64,000 nt of DNA. Source: a virus. Positions 47,593 through 56,906 of this stretch are shown here, piece after piece. A model generated the notes under the pieces. The model was not told the DNA's origin and made no database searches. It worked only from the letters and a program-made list of their open reading frames with translations. Each line of letters starts with the position of its first letter. Position 1 is the first letter of the stretch. The stretch spans positions 70,146 through 134,145 of IMG/VR virus record IMGVR_UViG_3300043811_000021, one strand, 5' to 3'. The translations under genes were made by a program, and so were the position numbers.

Positions 47593-48480
47593 CTATCCTT
47601 CTAGTAACCTCTGCCTTATCGGAACCAGTTTTTCTTGCACTTCGTTAGGGCTTGGGAATAGATCATCAAACCCATCCTTACTCTCGTATGAAGCGTCTAC
47701 TGTCTTACCGTCTTCATCATCATCTCCACCTCTCCCGTTAGCATTAAGATTATTCTGATTCAGATTAATGGTAGTCTTCTGCCCGCTCGGCTTAGGTAAT
47801 ATACCAACAGTAATATCCAAGGCTGTTCTGTCTTTCTCTGCTCCTACATGTTCGAGTCCGAAGTTTACTCTTGCTTTCGTTATCGCAGGATGATTCGATA
47901 CAGCTATAAACCTACTCCTATTCCAGCAGTGAGATTCAACAGACAGCCGTATTGCACCTAAAAGATGCTTAGGATTGACTTTCGCTTTAATGGCAATTGC
48001 TTCCCAAGGGATTCTTTTCCTATCTTCAATAGGAACCTTATCGTATACCTTCAAAAACTCTCTTATATCAGAATCTTCTGTAGAAAAACGCATAGCCTCA
48101 AGAGCAGATTTTAATCCGCCCTTGAGGTCTCTTTTAATAATAGGAGTAATCTTCGGTGCCGATGCCAATACTTCAGGCTTTACCCTCAACCTCTTCAGTG
48201 CTTGTTCCGACCTCTTCTGTAGGTCCGACAATTTCGGGACTTGCAGGAGAGATTTGTCTTTCTTTGGCATGATCTCTAAGGTACTGCCTGGTTCGTTCTC
48301 CGATGTACTCATCGTCATCTTCTTCAATGTCTGGGTCAACAATTTCTTGGATGGTTCTTCTTCTTGCGCCTTGGTTTTTTCTTTCTCTCTCTTCTTCGCT
48401 TTCGACACGGGTGAGCTTTGTTTCTCTTTGTTCTCTTGGCTCTGGCCAGTATCGAGTTCCTGCTCTTCGAGTTGACTCAT
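47593..48480 (-). CDS. terminase small subunit candidate (start may be 48270)
   Basis: upstream of the TerL genes; helical and HTH-like (WEAIAIKAKV); C-terminal TTINLNQN strand. Confidence 0.45.
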   Translation of the reverse strand: MSQLEEQELDTGQSQENKEKQSSPVSKAKKREKEKTKAQEEEPSKKLLTQTLKKMTMSTSENEPGSTLEIMPKKDKSLLQVPKLSDLQKRSEQALKRLRVKPEVLASAPKITPIIKRDLKGGLKSALEAMRFSTEDSDIREFLKVYDKVPIEDRKRIPWEAIAIKAKVNPKHLLGAIRLSVESHCWNRSRFIAVSNHPAITKARVNFGLEHVGAEKDRTALDITVGILPKPSGQKTTINLNQNNLNANGRGGDDDEDGKTVDASYESKDGFDDLFPSPNEVQEKLVPIRQRLLEG

Positions 48481-48550
48481 TTAGACCTTCCAATGCAGTT
48501 GCTATTCTTTCAAATGCGGTTACTAATTTCTCTTCGATGTCTTCATTCAT
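48173..48550 (-). CDS. hypothetical charged protein
   Basis: GAGGAG RBS before MNEDIEEK; overlaps the next gene. Confidence 0.55.
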   Translation of the reverse strand: MNEDIEEKLVTAFERIATALEGLNESTRRAGTRYWPEPREQRETKLTRVESEEERERKNQGARRRTIQEIVDPDIEEDDDEYIGERTRQYLRDHAKERQISPASPEIVGPTEEVGTSTEEVEGKA

Positions 48551-48686
48551 TACGGTCTCCTCTTCGGATTCAACCATTCATCGCGCTGTATAGGGCACAT
48601 TTCTGGAGCGATCCTATGCATACCGCGCTTTCCAGATTCTCCACATATGCGTTCACACTCCGCTTTCTTTTCCTGTTCTGTCATCG

Positions 48687-49424
48687 CTACCCCTCATACC
48701 AATGCGTTGGAACTGACAACATACCTTGAGCTACTCCAGCCCCACCAGCGGCCATAGCCTTTGGAGGGGTGACTACTGGTAAAGGCGGTGCAGGTTGCTG
48801 ATACTCAGGGTATGGATCAGGCAATCTAGGTGGTTGGTATGGAACAGCAGATTGCGGGTATCCGTTTCCGTTTTGAGGATAAGTGTGATTCGATGCTAGA
48901 GGATCAACGCTTCCACCAAGAGCCTTAATAACTCTCACTAGATCATTTATCTCAGCATCTAGCTTTGCTACAGTAGCAACAGACTCAGACTTTTCTTTTA
49001 TCGCTTGAGGCAATCTTTTCTCCGCATAGGAACTTGCAGATCGAAATTCTTTTGGAACTGGCTTTGCTTTCTGCTTTACTGGTTTCTGTGGTGGAGGTGG
49101 GGGAATCTCTACGCTCTTATCTGCATCTTGAAACTCAACAGGAAGAACTACGGGATGCTCAACTGTCCCTAAAATGTGTGTTCCTTCGCCTTCTTCTAGG
49201 CTTTCACCTGCAAGGCAGGACGGGCAGTGCTTTTCTCTTGATTCATCTTTTGTTGTATCTATTAGCGTAGGAGCAGATAACTCACAAGATGTCTCGGATG
49301 AATCATTTTTCTTCGCCCATCTTTTCTGTGCCGCCTGTTTCGCAATTGCGCTACGCTCTTCTTTTGAGAGTTTTGCCGCTCTAGCATTACCGCCGTTCGA
49401 TCCTCTTTTAGTTCCCTCTGGCAT
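48687..49424 (-). CDS. hypothetical protein with GGxARAAKLxxEERSxIAxxAAxxRW N-terminal motif
   Basis: basic motif common in mobile-element proteins; Pro-rich remainder. Confidence 0.6.
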   Translation of the reverse strand: MPEGTKRGSNGGNARAAKLSKEERSAIAKQAAQKRWAKKNDSSETSCELSAPTLIDTTKDESREKHCPSCLAGESLEEGEGTHILGTVEHPVVLPVEFQDADKSVEIPPPPPQKPVKQKAKPVPKEFRSASSYAEKRLPQAIKEKSESVATVAKLDAEINDLVRVIKALGGSVDPLASNHTYPQNGNGYPQSAVPYQPPRLPDPYPEYQQPAPPLPVVTPPKAMAAGGAGVAQGMLSVPTHWYEG

Positions 49425-49542
49425 TTTCTTTCCTCTGAATTACAGCCCACCCCTACCCGGTTACTTAACCTCTTATTGGACAGCCGGATGTCTCCCCTTG
49501 AGGGTCACGCTTTACTTCTGCGAGAGTGGGCTTCCCGGTAGT

Positions 49543-50007
49543 TTAGAACTGATCACCGCTAACGGCACCAACAAGAGCGGCGCGTTTGGTATACTGCCGC
49601 TTTGGACGAGGCTTTGCTCCTTCATTTTCATCCGGTATCTCAGATTCCGCAGGAACTTCATTCTTGATCTCTTCTGTTCTACTGCGAACCTCACCTAGAT
49701 TTGGCTCCAAGGGTATGCTGATCTCTTCGTGTATATCAAATTCCTGAACATCTTGAGGATCAAAGAATTCTGGACCAGGAGCTTTTACTTCTGGAGATTG
49801 AGTAATTGGAATTGTCATCTCCACTTGGGATGTCCTTACTGCATGGAGTTTTAGCTTGATGACTACCTCTCCGCTATAACCACCTGAATATCCGTCAGTT
49901 GCTCGAAGGTTGCAATCGGTAGAGAGACGTTTCTTTATCTGCGCAAGCACGTCAGATACAACTTCATGACCGCCGAGCGGATCGGTAAAACTCGTTACTT
50001 CTGGCAT
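49543..50007 (-). CDS. hypothetical protein
   Basis: GAGGAG RBS before MPEVTSF. Confidence 0.6.
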   Translation of the reverse strand: MPEVTSFTDPLGGHEVVSDVLAQIKKRLSTDCNLRATDGYSGGYSGEVVIKLKLHAVRTSQVEMTIPITQSPEVKAPGPEFFDPQDVQEFDIHEEISIPLEPNLGEVRSRTEEIKNEVPAESEIPDENEGAKPRPKRQYTKRAALVGAVSGDQF

Positions 50008-50008
50008 C

Positions 50009-50293
50009 TTAAAACTCCTCTTCTTCCTCTGTTTTCTTTGGTTTACGTTTTCCTGTTTTCTTTCCTTCAGACTCGTACTTGGATCGCAAATCTTCAAACT
50101 TTTTCAGTGTGCCTTCCTGCGGTAGTATAGCACCTGATTCAATCATCTGGATTGTCCTGCGGGAAACTTTTATGATCTCTGCCAAGAACTTTTGCGAGAG
50201 AGTATTATTCTCCCTAAACCGTTTGAATTCAATAGCTAACCGATTCATTTCCTGCTTTATTTCTTCATCCACTACCCGTTTCGTTCTTGGCAT
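50009..50293 (-). CDS. XRE-family helix-turn-helix regulator
   Basis: KRFRENNTLSQKFLAEIIKVSRRTIQMIESG. Confidence 0.85.
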   Translation of the reverse strand: MPRTKRVVDEEIKQEMNRLAIEFKRFRENNTLSQKFLAEIIKVSRRTIQMIESGAILPQEGTLKKFEDLRSKYESEGKKTGKRKPKKTEEEEEF

Positions 50294-50296
50294 CTT

Positions 50297-50518
50297 CTAT
50301 TTTATCTCCCGGATTGACGATCTAATAATCTCAGGCATCATCAACGCAATTATCTTAGCATCTTCTCTCGCGTTTGCTTGCATGTCCCCTATCCATCTGT
50401 CTACCACCCAGTTTGGGTTAATATGTGGATAAATCTTACATTCCTCGCGGATTAGGCGTTCCAGTTCGACGTTTCTTTCAAAAGATGTAAGCATTTCCCC
50501 TACCCTACACTGTTTCAC
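50297..50518 (-). CDS. hypothetical protein
   Basis: coupled ORF. Confidence 0.45.
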   Translation of the reverse strand: MKQCRVGEMLTSFERNVELERLIREECKIYPHINPNWVVDRWIGDMQANAREDAKIIALMMPEIIRSSIREIK

Positions 50519-50718
50519 TGCGCCGCGTCAAGTGCCTTTTTCTGCGCTCTCTTGGTTCTTTCTCTATCTCGTCGGTCAGTTAAACACCCTACACACAATG
50601 TTTTACCTTCCGCATGGGGAGCCATACCACAGTCCTGACAGAGATGAATAGTTTTCAATCTCTTCTTTCTGCGGCGCAAGCAGTCGGATACTTGGGTGCG
50701 TCTTTCCTCTGGTGTCAT
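50515..50718 (-). CDS. small Zn-finger basic protein
   Basis: CQDCG...CVGC with basic flanks. Confidence 0.55.
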   Translation of the reverse strand: MTPEERRTQVSDCLRRRKKRLKTIHLCQDCGMAPHAEGKTLCVGCLTDRRDRERTKRAQKKALDAAQ

Positions 50719-51126
50719 CTAACGGGTTATCCCTCTCCTAGCGCGAACTAACGCCTCGGCAACTGCATCTAAACTGTCCTCATGCAATTGATTCAACCAC
50801 TCATCTTTATTTAGAACTTCATTCACTTTTGGATGATCTCTCCAAGGAATTTCCTTCGTATGCAAAAGTTCATGAACTATGCACACTTCCAAATCCCTCC
50901 TAAAGATTACATTATCATGCGCCGTTCTATCTGACGGATTCCTTATTTTTATTTTCTGTGTGTGATATGGGGGATTTTCACGGCAATCTGCAAGGATTTG
51001 ATGTTGCCTTTCCTCTGGTCTCATTATAGATATTTCAATGTCTATATGGTCCAGCCGAAGTTGTGGTTTCCAGTATGATAGATACTCGTATGCTTGAGTT
51101 AGCTCTTTGGTTTCTATATCAGTCAC
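50719..51126 (-). CDS. zincin-like metallopeptidase domain protein
   Basis: IVHELLH...HE motif. Confidence 0.6.
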   Translation of the reverse strand: MTDIETKELTQAYEYLSYWKPQLRLDHIDIEISIMRPEERQHQILADCRENPPYHTQKIKIRNPSDRTAHDNVIFRRDLEVCIVHELLHTKEIPWRDHPKVNEVLNKDEWLNQLHEDSLDAVAEALVRARRGITR

Positions 51127-51313
51127 CGTTAATCTTTTCCTTTCTTTCCCAGTTTCCTAGAATAGTCTCTGCGCTTACTGGGGTGTTTGTAAAACTTAGA
51201 GTTGTGTTATGAACTCGGCAGGAAGGATCACGGGATATGTAAGTCTCACCGTCTTTAGTCCACGGCTTACCTTCGTTCCTACATGAGCATACTGGTGGGT
51301 TGCTTGTCATCAC
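51119..51313 (-). CDS. hypothetical protein
   Basis: CSC...CRVH; coupled ORF. Confidence 0.45.
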   Translation of the reverse strand: MMTSNPPVCSCRNEGKPWTKDGETYISRDPSCRVHNTTLSFTNTPVSAETILGNWERKEKINGD

Positions 51314-52167
51314 AACAAATCCTTCATTACTTTCTTGGGGAGATTATCGATCTCGGGAGGAGCAACTCCCGGACCATATACCAGTCTCTTGACATAAGTA
51401 TCGTTTACATAGGCATTCCATGATGTCACAGTATAGTAGTACACAGCAGATTGTGTCAGCTTAGTTGATGCTTCCTTTTGACCCGCAATTAACCTTGCGC
51501 GTAGGATGTAAATGGGATCGTCCGCAGTAAGTTCTAAACCAGATTGTAAACGAGTAAAGAATTCGTCAGCCTTCTTTTCATCCACCAAAGAAAACAAATA
51601 GTGGAGTCCAATAGCCATACCAGCGGTTATAAGAAGACCACCAGGACGCTGTTTCAGCATCGAATAGAACTTCACAGAGCTTCTGATCTTTGGATTTCTT
51701 TCTAGTGTCAATTCCAACAGAGGCTTGGTACAAATCTGACCCTTTCTCAAATCCTTGTGTTCAATTTCTCCTCTCACATAAAGCCAGAGGAATCTTAGTC
51801 CAGCAGAAAGCAGCCCAGAACTTGCCTCACCTTTAATGTGCAATACATCAGCCATTGAGCGAGTGTTGCAGTCATCGATTGTGTCAAATGCCTCGTCGTC
51901 TACTCCATAAGTCACCGTAGCATCAAACGACTTATTTGCGCGAACACAAGCCATGAGACGATGTTGACCGTTCAGGAGGTTCCCAGATTTTCCGAAAATA
52001 ATAGCCTGTCCGTTATCTACCCACCTGCCAGACTTCATCTCCTGAGCGTACTTTGCAACTGCATTTTCGGACACAGGGCGATTTTTGCTATTCTTGGTGT
52101 TCAACCAGTTAACAGCTTCCTGCGGAGTTATACTAGTGTGCTTTGTGTACATTATCCCTCTCCCCAA
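51310..52167 (-). CDS. ParB-like (DGQHR-type) N-terminal domain protein
   Basis: ITPQEA...NRPVS...YAQEM..G.W...LLNGQHRL.A. Confidence 0.75.
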   Translation of the reverse strand: MGRGIMYTKHTSITPQEAVNWLNTKNSKNRPVSENAVAKYAQEMKSGRWVDNGQAIIFGKSGNLLNGQHRLMACVRANKSFDATVTYGVDDEAFDTIDDCNTRSMADVLHIKGEASSGLLSAGLRFLWLYVRGEIEHKDLRKGQICTKPLLELTLERNPKIRSSVKFYSMLKQRPGGLLITAGMAIGLHYLFSLVDEKKADEFFTRLQSGLELTADDPIYILRARLIAGQKEASTKLTQSAVYYYTVTSWNAYVNDTYVKRLVYGPGVAPPEIDNLPKKVMKDLL

Positions 52168-52823
52168 TCAAAAACTTCCTGTTCGAGTCTTTTTGCTGCT
52201 ATCTCGCAATATTTTTCTTCAATTTCAATTCCTACCGCTTTCCTTCCCAAATTTTTAGCAGCCACTAAAATTGTTCCACTCCCAGTGTACGGATCAATTA
52301 CATCACCTTCCGTGAACCCTAACGCCCATTCCATCAATACTACTGGTTTTTGGTTTGGATGTGCGCTCCCAACATACGGATTAAATCCTGCGTCAATTGC
52401 TTTCAAACTCCCAGAGAATCTTTTCCTAAAACAATATACCCCATGAATACCGCTGATATAAGCAATCTCCGCATCTGAGAGAAATGTACCAAACGCTTTG
52501 TCACTTCTTTTAATCCATACGAGGCATCCTCCACTCGGTAACTTATTCCAGAAATGGTTGGCACCCCAAAGAATGACCTTTGGATGATCTAAAAGATGTG
52601 ATGGATCAAAAGGTTCTTCATCTCCTTCGATGTTCTCGTGTTTCTGTCCCGTACCTCTCTTTGTATTTCCACCACTAAACCTGCTATAGTCCGCATTGTT
52701 GTTCATGCCATAAGGAGGATCAGATAAGCATGTTTCAAACTTTCCTAAAGATGGCAGAATCTCCCGGCAGTCACCGTGGTAGATCGTGATATTCGACTTG
52801 GAATCAAAAAAATATGGTTTCAC
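52152..52823 (-). CDS. DNA methyltransferase (N6-adenine/N4-cytosine, beta class)
   Basis: IYHGDC, DPPYG, HPNQKP, DPYTGSGT, GIEIEEKY. Confidence 0.9.
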   Translation of the reverse strand: MKPYFFDSKSNITIYHGDCREILPSLGKFETCLSDPPYGMNNNADYSRFSGGNTKRGTGQKHENIEGDEEPFDPSHLLDHPKVILWGANHFWNKLPSGGCLVWIKRSDKAFGTFLSDAEIAYISGIHGVYCFRKRFSGSLKAIDAGFNPYVGSAHPNQKPVVLMEWALGFTEGDVIDPYTGSGTILVAAKNLGRKAVGIEIEEKYCEIAAKRLEQEVFDWGEG

Positions 52824-52856
52824 TTCTAAAAGACTCTCACATGGCGCAGGTTATTG

Positions 52857-53090
52857 TCAAGGTTTTTCTGCGCCTTCAATGATCTCTCGCCACGCTTTCA
52901 TAAACTGCCACGTATCGCGGATGTTCTCTGTCTGGTAGAGTTTTTCCAACCGGTGGAGTTTGTATTCTGCTTCGCCTAGTTCTTCAATAAGTTTCAGAAT
53001 ATACACCTCATCTGAACTAATCAATCGATTCGTAACGTTGGCACGTTCATCGTATAATTCTTTGTACCTGTGTGGAATGTGTTTTCTCAT
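52857..53090 (-). CDS. hypothetical protein
   Basis: TAATG-coupled ORF. Confidence 0.5.
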   Translation of the reverse strand: MRKHIPHRYKELYDERANVTNRLISSDEVYILKLIEELGEAEYKLHRLEKLYQTENIRDTWQFMKAWREIIEGAEKP

Positions 53091-53722
53091 TACTTACCTT
53101 CTTTCTGGCCGCGCCGGAAGGCTTCGATGACTTGGTAGTTGTGGACGTCTGCGTACGGACCAGTAAAAGGAAGTTCTTCTACTAGAAATTCCTTGATCTC
53201 CTCGGGTATTGAACCGTTATGCAAAGGCAAATCGGTTAAAATGACACGTTGAGAATCATGCGGAGTTTCTGGCATCCTGCCTTCGATGCGGTAAATTGAT
53301 TCGGCTGAGATGGAAGACTTATTAAATTCAGAATTTCTAAAAACGCCTTTTGATGAATGAATCTGGCAGTTCCCATCTCCGTCTGTGTCGCGTTCGCAGC
53401 ATGGCTCGATAGCTGGTTCTGGTGCAAGGAATCTTTCATTAAGCCGATTCCCAAAAAATATGAGCAGGTCAACAAAACTTATATCCTCGCGGCATCTCCA
53501 TTGTGCTGAGAACTTCTCCCACTTCTTTAGGGACTTGTAGTACCATTGGTCAGGCATCCGCTCTGCGTTCGGAGCTTTATTCCAATTCTCAGCCTGCCAG
53601 CGGAGGGCCGCTTCGAGGGCTTTATAGACCAACGGAGTCTCACCGCGCAAAATTGCTTCATTGTGCGAATCAATAGCCGCCTCCAACATCCCATCCGGTA
53701 CTTTGATCTTCTTATCGCTCAT
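53090..53722 (-). CDS. hypothetical protein, paralog of 25281..25745
   Basis: AGGAG RBS; shared motifs. Confidence 0.6.
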   Translation of the reverse strand: MSDKKIKVPDGMLEAAIDSHNEAILRGETPLVYKALEAALRWQAENWNKAPNAERMPDQWYYKSLKKWEKFSAQWRCREDISFVDLLIFFGNRLNERFLAPEPAIEPCCERDTDGDGNCQIHSSKGVFRNSEFNKSSISAESIYRIEGRMPETPHDSQRVILTDLPLHNGSIPEEIKEFLVEELPFTGPYADVHNYQVIEAFRRGQKEGK

Positions 53723-53995
53723 GCTGCTCCTTTCGGGTGATTACTCTTAGAGATAAACTTTTTGACAACGGCATCACGAAAAAAGTAAATCCACGGCGCA
53801 GCTACTATTCCAAAGCATAATCCGCTTACAAAACTCCACCAATCCATCATGCTTCTCCTTTATGTTGGTAAAAAGTTTTCATCCATTCCCGTTCGCATTT
53901 AGGGCAAATTCTTCCCGCTTTCGGGTGTCTCGAATGAAAACAAAACTTTTTCTTCTTTTTCCGCTTTCCGCATTCACAACAGGATATTTTCATAG

Positions 53996-54622
53996 TTACT
54001 CCTTCTGTAAAACATTCATAATCCCATCCCTTACTTTCTGCATCTCATCTTTCCCGTAACCCCAAATATCTCCACCACACGCCCACTCAGGGAAAGGACC
54101 GAATGCTCTCTTGTTTATCTCGCATCCACCGTGGATATAGTTAGCGAACATCTTTACGAGATCACGCAAAGTGCCGCCGTCAGAAAACCCAGTCCAATCC
54201 TTATGCCTTACAAGTATTGATTTTCTGGAATACCTGTCAACGTACCAGATTTCGTTTCTTTTATCCACAAAGAAGTGTGCGAAGAATGGATTCTCTACAG
54301 GAGTCCTGCGATCTGAGTTTTCGCTTAGGAAACGTCTCCCATGAGAACCGATTACCTTAATGATCTCATTAACTTGACTCAATCTATCTTCCCAACCATT
54401 TTCCAATTGGTTTCTTGGTTCTCTTTTCGACAAAGATTTCACGCGAATATCTTGAATCTTAACCTTGGTCCAGTATTCATTAATACTACTCCAAAACTTA
54501 TAACGAGCCTTGCTGCCTGTGTCCGCTACGATTTCCTCGGTTATCTCTCTGCCCTCAAATATAACGGGACGTGGATCACCGAATGTCGGACGCTCATATA
54601 GTGTTACTTCGTAGATTCCCAT
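53996..54622 (-). CDS. hypothetical phage protein
   Basis: IGSHGRRF...WYVDRYS...GFSDGGTLRDLV...WGY conserved-looking motifs. Confidence 0.7.
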   Translation of the reverse strand: MGIYEVTLYERPTFGDPRPVIFEGREITEEIVADTGSKARYKFWSSINEYWTKVKIQDIRVKSLSKREPRNQLENGWEDRLSQVNEIIKVIGSHGRRFLSENSDRRTPVENPFFAHFFVDKRNEIWYVDRYSRKSILVRHKDWTGFSDGGTLRDLVKMFANYIHGGCEINKRAFGPFPEWACGGDIWGYGKDEMQKVRDGIMNVLQKE

Positions 54623-54647
54623 TTGCTACATCTCCCTCAAATGTTCT

Positions 54648-54860
54648 TTAATCGTCAAACTTAACTCCATCTCTCATCTCTACCACTGCTTTGTAAATCC
54701 CTATTTCTACTCCTAGTTCAACCGCTTGACTGATTGATCCAAAGAATTTTTGGTTGCTGATTATTTGGTTTTTTAGACATTTATTACAACGTCTATGCCG
54801 AAACCATCCGCAATCATAATTACCCTGATACAAGGTTTCCCATTTGTGAAATAAATGCAT
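54648..54860 (-). CDS. small Zn-binding hypothetical protein
   Basis: HKW...CNKC. Confidence 0.45.
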   Translation of the reverse strand: MHLFHKWETLYQGNYDCGWFRHRRCNKCLKNQIISNQKFFGSISQAVELGVEIGIYKAVVEMRDGVKFDD

Positions 54861-55307
54861 TTATTTTTCCTCCCCTTTCAAAATCCCAATCGCTCTACGC
54901 GCCATTTCATCAGTCAATCCCTTTTCAGGATCGGCCACAATCAAATACTGTCTCAACATCTTCCCATAGCCATCGTCTGTTTTATCGATAATAACAAACG
55001 ATTCAGGTTCCCCCGACATGCTCATATATTTGAGAATCCCAGTTCCTTTATTCTTCCCTATAGTTGGAATCCTATCGAATGTGACTATATTAACTCCCCA
55101 ATCTGCCAACACTGTCTGAGAAATTGAGTCATGAGCTTTTCTACTCTCGCAGGTTAAAACCAATTCCGCTCCAGTTTCCTGCACAATCAGATTCAGCGCA
55201 TCTACGCAAGGCTTAAAGGCCACAACTGGCTTCTGTAACAGCCTAGCCGTCATACTGCACACTGGGAGCATCAGAACGCCTTCGGTCTCAAGGAAGATGA
55301 TCTTCAA
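54861..55307 (-). CDS. HAD-superfamily (Swiss-army-knife RNA-repair type) domain protein, degenerate
   Basis: MKIIFLETEGVL (vs FLDxDGVL), GAELVLTC..R, FVIID, GLT. Confidence 0.65.
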   Translation of the reverse strand: MKIIFLETEGVLMLPVCSMTARLLQKPVVAFKPCVDALNLIVQETGAELVLTCESRKAHDSISQTVLADWGVNIVTFDRIPTIGKNKGTGILKYMSMSGEPESFVIIDKTDDGYGKMLRQYLIVADPEKGLTDEMARRAIGILKGEEK

Positions 55308-55309
55308 GT

Positions 55310-55552
55310 TTAATCCTGCTGTTTCCTAACGACAATTTCAACCCCTTCCCAGCAACCGCATCCGGGATGAAAATCAATATCCAGACCTAAGATATCGTAT
55401 GTATTCCCGTCCTCATCTCGTGCAGAGACTTTACTAATAAATGTTGGATGTGAATTAACATGCTCCCCGTCCATCGTCGCCTCAGAAGCGATATTCTCGA
55501 ATTGCTTCCTAAATTCCTTGATTGTCGGACTTCCACTGCTGAATTCGTGCAT
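55310..55552 (-). CDS. hypothetical protein
   Basis: short ORF in a tightly packed run. Confidence 0.5.
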   Translation of the reverse strand: MHEFSSGSPTIKEFRKQFENIASEATMDGEHVNSHPTFISKVSARDEDGNTYDILGLDIDFHPGCGCWEGVEIVVRKQQD

Positions 55553-55847
55553 TACTATTCCCTTCTCCTAGATTAATCCCCGCGTGAACCAATGTAGCCT
55601 TTACTGCCTCATCTGTCTTTGCCAATTCAATTAATTCAGTAAGTAACTCAGGGGAACAAGCCATCAATCCACCCGGCTCCGCATCTGCAAACCGTTTCAG
55701 CTTTTCTTCATACCACCGAGGGAACCAAACTCCACCAATGCGTCCACATCCCTCACATGGATGCGAAATGTGGCTCAGACAACCCGGATGTTCACACGGA
55801 ACCCCATCTCTAAATCTAGGCACTTCTATCTCCCTTCTCGACCTCAT
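55509..55847 (-). CDS. hypothetical protein with PCxHPGCxSHxxHPCEGCGR motif
   Basis: Cys/His motif. Confidence 0.6.
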   Translation of the reverse strand: MRSRREIEVPRFRDGVPCEHPGCLSHISHPCEGCGRIGGVWFPRWYEEKLKRFADAEPGGLMACSPELLTELIELAKTDEAVKATLVHAGINLGEGNSNARIQQWKSDNQGI

Positions 55848-56019
55848 ACCACTCCATAGCCGCTTTTCCGTCCCATCCGATTGCCTTACCTATTTCATCC
55901 CAACTCTTCCCCTCAGCAATCATACGCTCCACGGTAGGAATATGCCCCTGCTGGCGCAGGCCGATCAAAACCTTGGTATCGCCTAATATTTCTTGAAGAG
56001 ATTCGATAGCCTTTATCAT
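55816..56019 (-). CDS. small HTH-like protein
   Basis: GKSWDEIGKAIGW. Confidence 0.5.
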   Translation of the reverse strand: MIKAIESLQEILGDTKVLIGLRQQGHIPTVERMIAEGKSWDEIGKAIGWDGKAAMEWYEVEKGDRSA

Positions 56020-56219
56020 TTTTTATTTCCGCCAGAAAGTTCCGGTAATCTCTCTAAAATTCTCGCGACTGCCTCACACAGTATTTGGCTGTGCATATCA
56101 ATTGGCGCATTTGTTCCCGCATGTTCAAAACGCAACCTGAAGCGCAATTCTTGAGCCAATTCCCAGTCTTCCCAATCCACCAACGGGTTAGCCATTTTAT
56201 CCCTCTCCCTTCCCCTTTA

Positions 56220-56408
56220 TTACTCAAAAATAGGCTCGTATCCAACCTCAGAAACCACCTTAGAAGCCTTCACTACCCGCTTCGCCCGCTCCCTCGGCTT
56301 ATCCCAATACGGACTCTTACAATCAGGGCACTGCTTTGGCCGCTCCTTCCGCCGCAGCCATTCATACCCACATCTCCCGCATTTCGCATTTAATTCGTTA
56401 ATTCCCAT
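56220..56408 (-). CDS. Zn-ribbon protein, first gene of the leftward unit
   Basis: CGRCGYEW...CPDCKSPYW. Confidence 0.65.
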   Translation of the reverse strand: MGINELNAKCGRCGYEWLRRKERPKQCPDCKSPYWDKPRERAKRVVKASKVVSEVGYEPIFE

Positions 56409-56419
56409 CTCTTCTACTC

Positions 56420-56448
56420 ATATGAACATGTTCGCAGTAAGATATCAA
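56420..56448 (-). promoter_or_regulatory. leftward promoter
   Basis: minus-strand TTGATA-N17-TCATAT with AT-rich UP-like sequence upstream. Confidence 0.45.
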
Positions 56449-56470
56449 CCCCTAAACCAAATTTATTTTC

Positions 56471-56906
56471 TGCGCCTCATATTTCTGCGCCTACTTTTTT
56501 ATACCACAAATTTTCTATTTTTATTTTATTATTTTCCTGCGCCTTCGGTTTTCGCTATTCCTCAGTACGGGGGCTAAAGCCGTCGCTGCCTTCGAGCATG
56601 GTCCGTGAGCTGGACAACTGCACGTCGATTGCCATACAGGGGGCAATGGATAACAAAGTTGTGGATTACCGCGAAAATATGCGTATCGCTGGCTATATAG
56701 CCTTTTCCGTAGAATTAGGAAAGCTCATCCCCGCGCCATATCCGCTCTATCGCCTGAATGCCTCAGTATTACCCTGAAAATGGCCGTTTAAGGCACGTTT
56801 GGCCGCGTAACAGGCCGATACACTCCCCGCGTAGATCGATGCGCCTGAACGCCGCACAGCGCGATTATCTGCGCCTGATATTTGATAGCGCTTAATTGAT
56901 AGCGCT
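56471..56906. repeat. short dispersed repeats in the divergent non-coding region
   Basis: TGCGCCT at 56471, 56486, 56538, 56840, 56870; TTGATAGCGCT twice at 56882 and 56896. Confidence 0.6.

Noticed and set aside
8439-48729. Many + strand ORFs of 60-170 aa within the minus-strand operon
   Set aside because: Antisense shadows of well-supported genes, with no RBS or motifs; the HNH gene is the only exception
49444-49532. tRNA gene
   Set aside because: Cloverleaf-like, but no TTC T-loop, no D-loop GG and no proper anticodon stem; kept only as a structured RNA candidate
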